From Chiloscyllium plagiosum (taxonomy: Eukaryota), in assembly GCF_004010195.1 (NCBI RefSeq), contig NC_057749.1, positions 19,426,661 through 19,490,660 on the forward strand: DNA of 64,000 bases, written 5' to 3'. Position 1 is the first letter of the stretch. Every line of letters begins with the position of its first letter. The position numbers and the translations under genes are program-made. Shown piece after piece: positions 25,224 to 38,374 of the stretch. The notes beneath the pieces are model-generated. The model saw nothing but the letters and a program-made list of their open reading frames with translations, was not told the DNA's origin and did no database searches.

Positions 25224-25426
25224 CTGGAAATGTGTTGCTGGAAAAGCGCAGCAGGTCAGGCAGCATCCAGGGAACAGGAGAATCGACGTTTCGGGCATAA
25301 GCCCTTCTTCAGGAATTATGCCTGAAACGTCGATTCTCCTGTTCCCTAGATGCTGCCTGACCTGCTGCGCTTTTCCAGCAACACATTTCCAGCTCTGATC
25401 TCTAGCATCTGCAGACCTCACTTTCT
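25224..25426. mobile_element. Palindromic PLE family B mini-insertion nested in CR1
   Basis: Inverted arms, tail ctgatctctagcatctgcagacctcactttct, 14-bp TSD acccaagttgatag at 25210-25223 and 25427-25440. Confidence 0.92.
25281..25316 (-). ncRNA. Minimal hammerhead motif, sense to the host pre-mRNA
   Basis: AUUC-CUGAAGA-A-GGGC-UUAU-GCCC-GAAA-CGUC-GAUU; core intact. Confidence 0.7.
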
Positions 25427-27484
25427 ACCCAAGTTGATAGGATTGTTAAGAAGGCTTATGGTGTTTTGGCTTTCATTAACAGGGGGAATGAGTTTAAGAG
25501 CTGTAAGGTTTTGCTGCAGCTCTATAAAACCCTGGGTAGACCACACTTGAAATATTGTGTTCAGTTTTTGGTTACCTCATTATAGGAAGGATGTAGATGC
25601 TTTAGAGAGGGTGCAGAGGAGATTTACCAGAAGCTACCAGGATTGGAGGGCTTGTCTTATGAAGAGAGGTTGAGTGAGCTAGGGCTTTTCACACTGGAGA
25701 GGAGGAGAAAGAGGTGACTTGATAGAGATGTACAAGGTAGTGACAGGCATAGATAGACTAGATAGCTAGAGACTTTTCCCCAGGGCAGAAATGACTGTCA
25801 TGAGGGTTTAAGGTGACTGGAGGAAGGTACAGGGGAGATGTCAGAGGTAGGTTCTTTACACAGAGTGTGATGGGTGCATGGAATGCACTGCCAGTGGTGG
25901 TAAGTGAGTCAGGGACATATAAGCAACTGCTGGACAAGCACATGGACAGCAGTAAATTGAGGGGTATGTAGGTTACGTTGATCATAGATTGGCACAACAT
26001 CGTGGGCCAAAGGGCTTGTACTGTGCTATTCTATGTTCTAAATGTAATCAGCCAAAAGACTCGCCTATGAACATTCACTAAACACTACTGTGCCATTCTA
26101 CTTCCACCACACTAGTCCATAAAACCCTTGTCCAGACAGGGCTTTCTTTGGACACTTTAAATCAGGTTCTGCAAGGAAAAAAACTTTGAGATAGACAGTT
26201 TTTATTTCATTTAAACTTAATAGAAATATCTGCTGCATATCCCCAGCATGATGATATTGCATGCATATATCATATTCATGTGTAACCTTTTGTTCATAAC
26301 CCAAACTCTGCCCGTTTGACCATGCAGATTCAGAGCAGAAAGCTGCTTGAAGCAGCAAACTGGCCACAAGCTAATTGTGCTGGGTCAAGTTTCAGGCACC
26401 TTAGTTTTGAACAGAGTAAACCTTTAATTTGTTGGGAAGACTGGGTTTCTGAAGCCACCAACCTAACTCCTGCTCCATTTAATTTGCACTGTAGTAAGAA
26501 CAGTTCCTGACTGGCTGTTGAGTAGACTGGCAACAGTAGATTATCAGGGCATTTTATTGGAGTGCTACTAACTCTAATTGCACACTGATGCCAGAAACAC
26601 ACGAAACTCAAAGACCAGGTTCAAAGTCCTCTGAAGTCTATTATTCAATAAGATTATGGCTCAATGTCATCAACGTCACAATCCTGCCCCATTCCATATC
26701 CTTCAATTCCAAGAGCCCAAACATTTCACCACCTCAATCTTGAATGTACTCAGTAAGTGAGCACCCACAGCTCTGAGGTATAGAAATCCAGAGATTCACA
26801 ACCCTGAGTGAAGAAGTTTTATAATTCATTATTATGTCATTACTAAATACTTGCATCTTGGTGCAGACATGATATCTCTGCCATAAGGTCAGCATTGGTT
26901 TTGGGAAAGGCAGGAATCAGGAAAATGGGCCTCACCAGCTATCTGTATCGAAAAAAAATTCCAAACCATTTATCTTCATGCCATTGGCCAAGAGAGGTAG
27001 AGAGAACCAAACTCCTCTGACTAGAAAAATGCAGTTGATGACAAAGAGAAAAGACTTTCTTTTATACAGTGTCTGTCACAACCCAAGGCCAGTCGAGCAC
27101 TTTTGATATGTAGATATCATTATAATGGAGACGATGTGGAAACAAAATTGCAAACCATCTCTACAAACATTGACTCCTTCCACCAATGCTCAGCAGCAGC
27201 AACAGTGTATATCATTGACAAAATACCCTGCAGAAATTCACCAAGAGTCCAAATACAGAAGCATTATCATCTAGAAGAACAAGGGCAGCAAATACACAGT
27301 AATACCAGCAAATTTCCTCCCAAGCCACTCACCATCCTAACCTGGAAACAGCTCTCCATTCCTTCAGTGTTGTTGGGTCAAAATCCTGGAACAACTGTCC
27401 AATTGCATTCTGAGCCTACTTATGCAAAATGGGCTGCAGTGGTTCAAGAAGGCAGCTCACTACCACCTTCTCAAGGAACACTAG

Positions 27485-28060
27485 GGATGTACAGGACATT
27501 GGTTAGGCCACTATTGGAATATTGCATGCAATTCTGGTCTCCTTCCTATCAAAAGATGTCATGAAACTTGAAATGTTTCAGAAAAGATTTACAAGAATGT
27601 TGCCAGGGTTGGAGGATTTGAGCTATAGTAAGACGCTGAACAGGCTGGGGCTGTTTTCCTGGAGCGTCGGAGGCTGAGGGGTGACCTTATAGAGGTTTAC
27701 AAAATTATGAGGGGCATGGATAGGGTAAGTTGGCAAAGTCTTTTCCCTGAGGTCGAGGAGTCCAGAACTAGAGGGCATAGGTTTAGGGCGAGAGGGGGAA
27801 GATATAAGAGAGACCTAAGGGGCAACTTTTTCACACAGAGGATGGTGCATGTATGGAATGAGCTGCCAGAGGAAGTGGTGGAGGCTGGTACAATTGCAAC
27901 ATTTAAGAGGCATTTGGATGGGTATATGAATAGGAAGGGTTTGGTGGGATATGAGCCGGATGCTGGCAGGTGGGACTAGATTGGGTTGGAATATCTGGTC
28001 AGCATGGATAAGCTGGATCAAAGGGTCTGCTTCCATGCTGTACATCTCTATGACTATAGA
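27485..28060 (+). mobile_element. CR1 (HER1-like) 3' fragment
   Basis: YRTLVRPLLEYCMQFWSP; FFTQRMVHVWNELP; 3' UTR. Confidence 0.88.
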
Positions 28061-28095
28061 CTCTGCTAGCTGGGTCAGCATTTAACGTTCACATT

Positions 28096-28387
28096 TGGAG
28101 ATGTCGGTGTTGGACTGGGGTGTACAAAGTTAAAATCACACAACATCAGATTATAGTCCAACAGGTTTAATTGGAAGCATTAGCTTTCAGAGCACTGCTC
28201 CTTCAACAGGTGGTTGTGGAGTACACAGTTGTCAGACACAGAATTTAGAGACAGAATTTATTGGCTATAAATTCCGAGTCTTACAACTGTGTACTCCACA
28301 ACCACCTGTTGAAGGAGCAGCGCTCTGAAAGCTAATGCTTCCAATCAAACCTGATGGACTATTACTTGGTTTTGTGTGATTTATAAC
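28096..28387. mobile_element. Palindromic PLE family A mini-insertion
   Basis: ~125-bp inverted arms, left tail tggagatgtcggtgttggactggggtgtac, degenerate TSD aacgttcacatt/aatgtccacatt (28084-28095, 28388-28399). Confidence 0.88.
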
Positions 28388-29651
28388 AATGTCCACATTC
28401 TGTGTGAATTAACAAAGCAAGCTCCCATAAACATTAATCTAATAAGGGCCAGATAATTTGTAATGCTGGTTTTGCTTCATTCTTTCACGGGACATGGGCA
28501 TCACTCATGAGGCCATACCATGAGTAGAAATTAATTTTCGCTTCATTCCAAAGGTCATTTGTAGAGTAAGCCGTGAATCATGAATAGATAGATTTCTTTC
28601 CCGAATGTTAATAATGCTGAGACTAAGTTTACAATCCAGATTTGTTAACGGATGTTAAATTAAAATTACAATTTGAATCAGGCCTCATATAACTAGTCCT
28701 GTGACACTGTAGTTGTTCCACCATCCTCCCCCTTTTGTTGAACAATATATGTTTGTTCGAATGCAGAGGATTAGAGTAATAACATGTTCATTCCTTCTTC
28801 ACTAACAATACAAGGAACATTCTTAATCCATTCTTCAGCATTAAAACAGATAGCATGAAACTTTCCTTCTAGCAGAAGAAGCTAATGACATGTACTTAAT
28901 TTCACATTATGCAACCTATAAGTATAATTCATAAATAAATCAAACTACCCATAACACTAATGAACTGCACACCCCTCACTGGGTTAGCAGCTGGTTTTTG
29001 ATTTATAGCTCAGATTTTTCTTCAGGAGTGATGAAACTGTCAAAGTGTCTCTGAGCCATAGTTTGACAACCATTGGGAGTGATATGACCCACTGTTCATA
29101 CACTTCTCCCTTTCTGTAGGCAGTAGAATTTGTACTGTCTATACTTAGGCAGCAGACTGATGACTGTTCTCTCCAGACCTGTATAACCAACATATAGAAG
29201 TGCACTACCATGGTACAGTAGCATTAATGACATATTCCTAATAATTCGCAAATCACTATACCCAGCATCAATGTAATCCCCAATATAAAACTACATTCAG
29301 ACAGTGTGCAGACACACAGTAGAAAACACAACTGTCAATGTAGGCATAGCAAATTGAATGCAATACATCACCAGATAATCTGCCTTTAAATGATGTTAGA
29401 TGAGGGACATATAATGGCCAATGTGTCAGTAAGAGAACAGCATAATAGGGTGACAGACATTTTTGAATGCATCGAGCAAACTCAGTACCACAAGACATCA
29501 CACTGCAGTGAAGAATGTGGGTCTCAAAAAAACTGAAAGCAATTCTCAGAGTTTACTATTCAAGCCGAGGAAGTCAATTCCATTCATGAAGAGAAAAATT
29601 CAGTTCTTTCATCAACAACCTGACACTCAAGGTTCAAAGTTTGAGAGAGAG

Positions 29652-29860
29652 TCATAGAGTAATACAACATGGAGACAGACCCTTCGGTCCAATCAGTCCA
29701 TGCCGACCATAATCCCAAACTAAACTAGTCCCACCTGCATGTGCGTGGCCCATATCCCTACAAATATTCTTATTCACGCATTTATCTAAATGTCTTTTAG
29801 ATATTGTATCTGAACCCATATCCACCACTTCCTCTAGAAGTTTATTCCACACACGAATCA
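29652..29860 (-). mobile_element. CR1 3' end fragment
   Basis: VIRVWNKLLEEVV..KRHLDK and CR1 3' UTR. Confidence 0.8.
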
Positions 29861-32800
29861 CTGTAGAAAAACTCTCCATTTCTATCATAAATAATGGATC
29901 ATCTGACAGGAGGCAATGAAAAACAAAGACATACTGCAAACCTACAGAATTTATTAACCATGAGCCAAAGAGAGAAGGGAAACCTCCCTTTGACCTGACT
30001 TCTCTCAAAAATCACTGGATGTTGGCCTGCACTAGAAGACCATATAGATACAGAAAGTGCTCACACCAATCCTGGCTTCATTTGAATCTGCAGGTTAACT
30101 GAACATTCCCCTTTTGATGATTTAAATATAACAGATTCTGAGGAGTGTCCGGGGGATAGTGTAAAGGTCCAAACTCAGGGCCTAGGTAACTACCACCTAT
30201 GGTGGAGTGAAAAGACTCAAAGGCTAGAGGACAGAATTGAAGGTGCACAATGCCAGCATCCTCAGTCTCTTAACTCTGTTATCAGAGGATTGAAGGCTTT
30301 GACATTTTTTTTCCCCCTGAAGAGTAGTGCCTAGTAAGACGTGATTCTCTGCCTCAGGTAGGTATTTCAGAGGGATGGGATCTCAAGAAGATGACAGATA
30401 GAGCACTTATCTATGCAAGAATCAAAGCCAGGATATGCTATATCCTCCATAATTCAGACGTTTGAAATAAAACTATAAAGACTGTGCTTGGGCAGCACTT
30501 GCTGAACAATTCTGTCAGCGCAACGAGTTATTCCTAACCAATTTGAGATCTATCCGGCTTGTAACATGATTTAAAAAGGCTAGTTGCATACATCCATACA
30601 CAGGGACTAGCCCACAGCAGAGAATAAAGGAACACATCCAGGCACTAAATCTTTTCAGCAAAAACAATTGCGGGGGAAGAGATGACAATGACTCCCTGGT
30701 CCATTGTCCATGGCAACACCAACTAGTCAACTTACCAACTAATTAGCATCCTTTTCTGATGCTACATAAATTGTTGCACCCTTCAGAATTTGTTTCTCTT
30801 ACCTATGCCATGATGACTGCATGAAGAAAAGTTCCGACAGCAAGTCTCCTTTTCAGTTTCAGCAACACTCAAATTCTATGCTGTGATATTACAGACTTCA
30901 GAACTTTAATAATTGTTCACTGACAATGAATCAAAGATAAAACATTATACAAGGAAAACATCAGTAATAACTGTCTGGAATAAAGTATTAAAGACCAGGA
31001 CAAACTTATACAGGAATTGAAAGCAATTAATCACGTTTGGCAATAGGAGTGGAGACTACATGGACAAAACTGCTTAGACACATGCTTGACAAACTGGATG
31101 ATTTATTGCCACAAAGCTCAAGGATTGCCCGACAAAAGAATTTAAGGAGTTAACTTCAAACAGGCAGTCAATGCCAAATGTAACAAGGAACAATGAAGCT
31201 GCTTCTGATCAGAAGGGAAGCTGCAGACATGCGGTCATTTGGATGAAAGAACTTAAACAATCAATAATGGCCTGAAAGACAAAAATGCGTCTAAGAATTG
31301 AACACCAGAACTCCACCTTAGCCAAACTTCAAAAGAATAACACTGCACGAGAATCAAACCCTAGACATTTCCAGAGACCATTGGTTGAAATCCTAGCCAG
31401 ATTCCACCAAAACAATCAGGTAATAGCCAATTTAGGCTGTGAGGCTTAACTTGCTTATTTGAGGGGGTCTTAGTTTGGTTGCTACATGCAATCAAGTTCA
31501 AATCATTGTTAGAGTACGTGATTGTGCGATTTCTTAACACATAGCCGAATTGAAGGTAACTTGTGGCAATTTACCCACAAACTACCAAGTGGCCAAACTG
31601 TAAACTACTGAATACACAACTGATTGTCGAAATAAGACCCTGAACAAGGGTCTCAAGTGAGCAAACCTAAAATTGCAAGATGCAGCCAAATTAAAAAAAT
31701 ATTGAAAAAGGCCAATATGGTCAAGAGCTTTGCCAACCAACAGGCTGCCATCCTTGGCTGGGTTTGACAGGCAGTTACCAACATAGTTGGAAATCATATA
31801 CTTATAGTGTGAGGAAATGTAGTGGATGCTCATGCCTTGTCACAAGTGGGCTAACTTGCAATGGAGCTAGGTCTGAGCGTTGATGTAAGATTGGAACTAC
31901 AAACCTCAACATTAACTTCTGCTTGTTGAGCTGCTGAAAATATTTCCAATTCCCCTGCCAATGTTTTGCGGATCTTTCAGGATAATGAAGTCAGGAAATC
32001 AAATAAATATGAGCAAACAGAGTGGCCAAATCATGTGCATTTCAATAACAGGTAGATATGTATGAATGATATCCTCTCAGAGGGTGGACAACCGATTCAA
32101 AGACTTGAGGTGTTAGAAGAAACAAAGGAGAGAGCAGGGACGCTGACGTGGAAAAGGACGTAATATCAAGATTTGCTACCAAACAGCCGGGCTGTATATA
32201 GCACCAAACTCTCACTGAAATCAGAAACAGAAAATTTGAACAAAGTGATGAAAATGCATCACAACAAAAAATGCATGGGGACAAGACACAGAGGAGTGAA
32301 GGAAGGGAGAAAACTAGTTAAGAAACAAAAACAACATTGTGCAAAGCATCCCACTCTCCAGGGCTGAAATCTTCAACTTCAAGATTCTCTATTCCTAAAA
32401 CCACAACAATCAGGAAAGAAAATTGAAAGGGAGCATCAGAATTGGTCAGTCTCTTCAACTTTTACATTCTAAGCAGATTCTTTTTCCCCAAAGACTCACC
32501 AGCTAATAAAGAATCTCTCTTCAGTACATAACTACAGTCTAACCTTGAAGTTGTTTATCTGCACGTCTTTCATGATCAATTACAAAAATCCATCACACAT
32601 TCTGTTGGCAGAAAACTGCTGACTCAGTCGTGCTCAATACTGCACCACAGAAATTAACCTCAATCTGCTCCATCTTAATCAAAATGAGCACAGCAGACAC
32701 TTCAGCATGCTTCTGAATCATTCCTTTCAAACAGATTGTCCAAGAAAAGCTAGAGAGCAAAAATAACAATTCTCCAGACAAGACAGATTAAATTGGAAAG

Positions 32801-33442
32801 ATTCTGTCAACCATGACTGAAGGACTTTGGTTGCTTTTTCATCTCCCTTCTCTCCCTCCACCTCCTGCTTAAGTTCCAATAGGCATCAACACAAATTTGA
32901 GAAAGTTTACTTAAGGACAGAAGAAACAAAACTGCAAAAGCTGAAAGTATATGACAGGTCAGCACAATGTCTGTGGAGAGAGAAAAAAGCAAGGTACTGT
33001 TTCAGGTCAATGACCTTTTGACAGTATTGCGCTTCTGTCTGCACTATTGCTGTCAGACCTAGAGTCATCTCTGTCTCTTATTGTTTCTACAGCTATGGTT
33101 TCCAGAATTTGCAGAACAATAGATTCTATCCACATACACAAATAGTGATACTATACTCGAGATTTTCCATAAGTTATGTCACTTTGCTGGGGATTGTCCA
33201 TAAAGATTGATATTTTCCTGGGGCTTCCCCCATGTTGATGGAGACTCTCCCTGGAACTTCTTGGAAATGCTGACATGGCCCCATTAAAAAGAAAATAACT
33301 TATGAGACAATCTTCTGCAGCATAAGAAAGGAGCAGGTGGAGATTTTGTTTAAAAAAAACTACAGATAAAGACTCTGAATACAAAATAGACAAAGGTGAC
33401 CAGACCAGAGCCTGCTAGGGCTTTATTTGAGTATACAAGTAC

Positions 33443-35024
33443 ACTGATTAGGGATAGTCAACATGGCTTCGTGCATGGGAAATCATGTCTCGTGAACTTG
33501 ATTGAATTTGTTGAAGAACTAACAAAGAGGATTGATGAGGGCAGAAAGGTGGATGTGATCTATATGGACTGTACTAAGGTGTTCGACAAGGTTCCCCATG
33601 GAAGACTGATTAACAAGGTTAGATCTCATGGAATACAGGGAGGATTACCCATTTGGATACAAAACTGACTCAAAGGTAGAAGACAGAGGGTGGTGGTGGA
33701 GGATTGCTTTTCAGACTGGAGGTCTGTGACCAACAGTGTGCCACAAGGATCGGTGCTGGGTCCACTACCTTTTGTCATTTATATAAATGATTTGGATGTG
33801 AACATAGGAGGTGTAGTTAATAAGTTTGCAGACGACACAAAAATTGGAGGTCTAGTGGACACCGAAGAACATTACATCAGAGTACAACGGGATCTTGATT
33901 AGATAGGCCAATGGGCTGAGGAGTTTAAATGTGGGGTGTTGAGTTTTGGAAAGGCAAATCACAGCAGGATGCATACACTTAATTAGATTAGATTAGATTA
34001 CAGTGTGGAAACAGGCCCTTCGGCCCAACAAGTCCACACCGACCCGCCGAAGCGAAACCCACCCATACATTTACCCATAACCTAACACCACGGGCAATTT
34101 AGTATGGCCAATTCACCTGACCCTGCACATCTTTGGACTGTGGGAGGAAACCAGAGCACCCGGAGGAAACTCACGCAGACACGGGGAGAACGTGCAAACT
34201 CCACACAGTCAGTCGCCTGAGGCGGGAATTGAACCCGGGTCTCTGGCGCTGTGAGGCAGCAGTGCTAACCACTGTGCCACCCACTAATGGTAAGATCCTG
34301 GGGAGTGTTGCTGAACAAAGAGACCTTGGAGTGCAGGTTCATAGCTCCTTGGAAGTGGAGTTGCAGGTAGATTGGATTGTGAAGGCGGCGTTTGGTATGC
34401 TTGCCCTTATTGAACAGAGTACTGAGTACAGGAATTGGGAGGTCATGTTGTGGCTGTACAGGACATTGGTTAGGCTACTTTTGGAATATTGCCTGCAATT
34501 CTGGTCTCCTTCCTATCGGAAAGATGTTGTGAAACTTGAAAGGGTTCAAAAAAGATTTACAACGATGTTGCCAGGATTGGAGGGTTTGAGCTATAGGGAG
34601 AGGCTCAATAGGCTGGGGCTGTTTTTCCTGAAGCATTAGAGGTTGAGGGGTGACTTTATAGATATTTATAAAGACATGAGCAACATGGATAGGGTGAACA
34701 GCCAACGTCTTTTCCCTGGGTTGGGGGAAGTTCAGAATTAACGGGCATAGGTTTAGGGTGAGAGGTGAAAAATTTTAAAAGGGTCCTAACGGACATTTTC
34801 ATGCAGAGGGTGGTGCATGTATGGAATGAGCTGCCAGACGAAGTGGTGGAGGCTATACAATTGCAACATTTAAAAGGCATCTGGATGTGTATAGGAATAG
34901 GAAGGGATTAGAGGGAAATGGGCCAAATGCTGGCAAATGTGACGAGATTAGGTTGGGATATCTGGTCAGCATAGACCAGTTGGACCGAACGGTCTGTTTC
35001 CGTGCTGCACATCTCTATGACTCT
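33443..35024 (+). mobile_element. 5'-truncated CR1 (HER1-like) LINE
   Basis: SQHGFVHGKSCLVNL, VPQGSVLGP, KFADDTK; interrupted by a SINE. Confidence 0.9.
33984..34282 (-). mobile_element. HE1-type SINE nested in CR1
   Basis: tRNA head with B box gggttcaattcc on the minus strand, CpG-rich, (TCTAA)n tail. Confidence 0.88.
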
Positions 35025-36856
35025 AAATAAAAAAATAAGCCCAGAGTTGGTTTTTCGGGGGTGGAGGGGGGGAACAATGTGATCCTTTTCCTTCACACAT
35101 GTGGACAATCTGTGAATGGAAAGGATCAAATGGAAGAGCAAACCCAGACGCAAACAGCCTAACAATGGGCATAAATAGGGTTGAAGTTACAGGATACAGC
35201 ATTTGAGGTGGAGCTTGACAGTGTGAAAACACAGAACCAGTGCAACAGTTTTCAATGGGATCACCGATTTGGGTAAAACAATATATATCTTCAGATTCAA
35301 AGGGTAAATGGTACAAACTTGGTAAGTCAAAAATGTAGCCTTTGCAGACATCCTAATTAACATGACACCAATGAACATTTTACACTGTGCTCTTTGATGG
35401 GATGAGTTTGCCTTCTTCAATCTAATTTCCTCCATTGCATCAGTTGGTGAGGCTGTGCCATTAGGTGCCATGCTCTAGAAAGCAGCAATGATGTACAGTT
35501 AATGAGAGTATCAGGTGTGCTCATGCATACACTTCCATTCACATTTCCAGTACAGATTGGGATTTCTCAGAGTCATAGAGTGAAAGTGTTCAGTTCACTT
35601 GCACTCAGAGATGAAGGTACAAATTGTACACTTGCTGAGTCTCATTATCCTGGACAGAGGCAACATCAACAAAATTATATCTACTTTGGTATGTATCGAA
35701 GTCAGTTCACCGAATACAAATGCTGTTTTCACCAAAGAATTGTCCAGCCAGCAACAATGTAAAACACTATCCCTTCCCTAAATCAGCAAGTACAGTGCTC
35801 TTTCAGCACTGCCAGACAAAAGCAGCTTTTCCTAGTTCAAAAGATGGACACCCTGAGTGAACATTGACACCAGAGTCAGTGAGTTGGAGACCAGGCTTTT
35901 AATTCATAAACTGGTCTGCTGAATGCAGCAGGTCATCTCTATTAAAATGCATCAAGTGGAAGACAGCAACAGAATCCAAACTCTGTGCAAAATCAACCTC
36001 TATCACAGCAGTGTGGTCTGCAGGTATGATCAGCAAAGGGATTTATCCAATCATCTCCAGTCTAGCTGGGACTGTAGAGCAAAAAAAAGCAAAGTCTCTA
36101 GTAAATGAAACCTTAGTCAATGAACGAATGGCACTTTCCCCATCTCTCTGCACAGCAACAACGTTCTCTCTTTCAAACCAGAAGGTGTAGGCTTGAATCT
36201 CAGAAGGCAAATGAGAGCACAGAGATTTAAAGAACTGATAAAAGAAATGCAAGTAACACAACATTTTCAATTCAGCAAGTAGTTAGGATCTAAAATACAC
36301 TATCTGACAAGAGTGATGCTGGAGGCAGGATCAATTAGAGCATTCTAAAGGGAATCAGACTTTTGTCTAGAAAGTAAAAGAATATGTAGGGTTATGGGGA
36401 GGTGGGGCAATAACACTAAGTGAAATAGGAATGCTACTTTATGTGGAAAATAAAGACCACAGTGTATGCGCACCATATTCCCATGTTGAATCTTTTATGC
36501 AGCAGCTTATGTAAACATCTCCGATTCAAATCTAGCCCAGATTGATGTAAGAAAACTCATGTTGTCCAACAGCTGCATGGTGCCTGCAGGATTAAATTAG
36601 GGGCAGTCTCATTTTATTCAAATTAATCTAAAGTCAATAGCACAGGCAAAGAGGAATGTCTCCACTTAACTACATGAACAGAAATCAAGGCCAATCTAGA
36701 AATAAGAGACCATTCTGTAAGAGTGGCTATGATACTAAGATTGTCATTTAAACCCAAACAGTTTATTACTGCGCTTTAGGGGCTGCAGTCTACACATGAT
36801 TGGCTTTTAGTGAGTTAGGAAGACATTCAACTTTACCCAGGCCAACTTAGAATTGA

Positions 36857-37170
36857 AAGACTTATTATATAGCACACTTCACGATCACCAGACATCTCAA
36901 AACACTTCACAGCCAATGAAGTACTTTTGAAGCAGATACCATTGTAAGATAGGAATTGCAGCAGCCAAACAACACACACAAAATTGACACACACCAGCAG
37001 AAATGATTGGATTATCTTTGTCATGTTTATTGAGGGATAAGCAACAGCCCAGACATGGAGAAAAGTCCCGTCCTCCTCTTAGAAATAGTGCCACAGGATG
37101 TTTTATACTCAGCTGAGAAGACAGATGAGGCCTTGGTTTTACACTGCGTTCAAAAGTCAGGACTTCCCAA
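36857..37170 (-). mobile_element. Deu-domain SINE (SacSINE1/AmnSINE1-like)
   Basis: cagccaatgaagtacttttgaag, aatagtgccacaggat, gccttggttt motifs of the recalled consensus. Confidence 0.65.
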
Positions 37171-37384
37171 TGGGCAGAACGGACAATAAAATTTGACATT
37201 ACCAAAGAGTTTTTTAAAAAAAAAATCATCCATCAAACCAATGTTCACATTTATAATGGAAAAGATCTCAGTGACTGTTAATTAAACAAGAAACAATAAA
37301 TCAAAGAGCTGTTCAGTTGCACAGAATGGAAATCTCTCAATTCAACAAGTTGTAGACATCAAGAAACCAAACAGCGTATTTATC

Positions 37385-37708
37385 CATAGACAGCAGTAAC
37401 AATGCGACAGTTCGGTTTGTCAAGCTTCTTCCAAGAATAATTAGCTACACTAATGCCCTCGATATTTGTACAAAGGTTTACAAGCATGAAACAGGACAAT
37501 GGCTTGAGGCAACATTCCATGGCACACATGTTCTTGATGTGCCTCTCATAGACAGCAGTAACAATGCGACAGTTCGGTTTGTCAAGCTTCCTCCAAGAAT
37601 AATTAGCTACACTAATGCCCTTGATATTTGTACAAAGGTTTACAAGCATGAAACAGGACAATGGCTTGAGGCAACATTCCATGGCACTCATGTTCTTGAT
37701 GTGCCTCT
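37385..37708. repeat. Tandem duplication, 2 x 162 bp
   Basis: Units 37385-37546 and 37547-37708 are near-identical. Confidence 0.95.
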
Positions 37709-38174
37709 AATGACAGCTTCAACTCCAGTCTGCATTCAAACTCAAACAAAGTGGTAACTTGTTCTGACATCCTGTCACTTCTAGTTCCTGGTTAATGTGA
37801 TGGCCATGGCCCCAAAATATTCCTGTTTTTTCCAATCAAAGTCTGAAAAGGCAAGGACAATTAATCCTGTGTTTGGTTCCTTTTCAACCTCATACACTTT
37901 TAGAGATGCTGGCCATCACTGCACTTGCCCAGTTCAGTTGAGAGAGATCCTCTTAAATGAATGATTAAGGTAATTTCATCCAAAGAATATTTGAATAGCT
38001 TTTATCATACTTAAAACTTTCAATTTGCTAACTATTGTAGTCACAGGGCTGTGTGTTTTGTCATCTTAATCACCAAGACTTGTGCACACAAATGCAAAAC
38101 CAGGATTTCAGTAAACACTTTCCAGGGACTGTCATACTGAGCTCCAGAACCTTACTCATTAGCTACACAATGAA

Positions 38175-38374
38175 TTGGAGATGCCTGTGTTGGATTGGGG
38201 TGTACAAAGTTAAAAATCACAACACAGGTCATAGTCCAACAGGTTTAATTGGAAGCACTAGCTTTCGGAGAGCTGCTCCTTCATCAGGTGGTAAAGGAAT
38301 GGCGCTCCGAAAGCTAGTGCTTCCAATTAAACCTGTTGGACTATAACCTGGTGTTGTGTGTGATTTTTAACTTT
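38175..38374. mobile_element. Palindromic PLE family A mini-insertion
   Basis: Inverted arms, left tail, TSD ctacacaatgaa/ctacgcaattaa (38163-38174, 38375-38386). Confidence 0.88.
38256..38290 (-). ncRNA. Minimal hammerhead motif, sense to the host pre-mRNA
   Basis: CAC-CUGAUGA-A-GGAG-CAGCU-CUCC-GAAA-GC-UA-GUG; core intact. Confidence 0.7.

Larger units (their letters stand above)
23592..26040 (+). mobile_element. Degenerate CR1 LINE (ORF2 and 3' UTR)
   Basis: VYMDFTKAFDKVPH, LGPLLF, KFAND in ORF 24656-25021; (ttctatg)n tail. Confidence 0.9.

Noticed and set aside
25071..25421. Mirror-image ORFs on both strands (SWKCVAGKAQQVRQH...)
   Set aside because: Artefact of the palindromic insertion, not protein-coding
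30790..30880. Possible fourth hammerhead-like motif (catgatgactgcatgaagaaaagttcc)
   Set aside because: Core and stems are too degenerate to support
30960..32800. Coding-like decayed sequence, possibly a DNA transposon remnant
   Set aside because: No recognisable motif or termini; needs BLASTX
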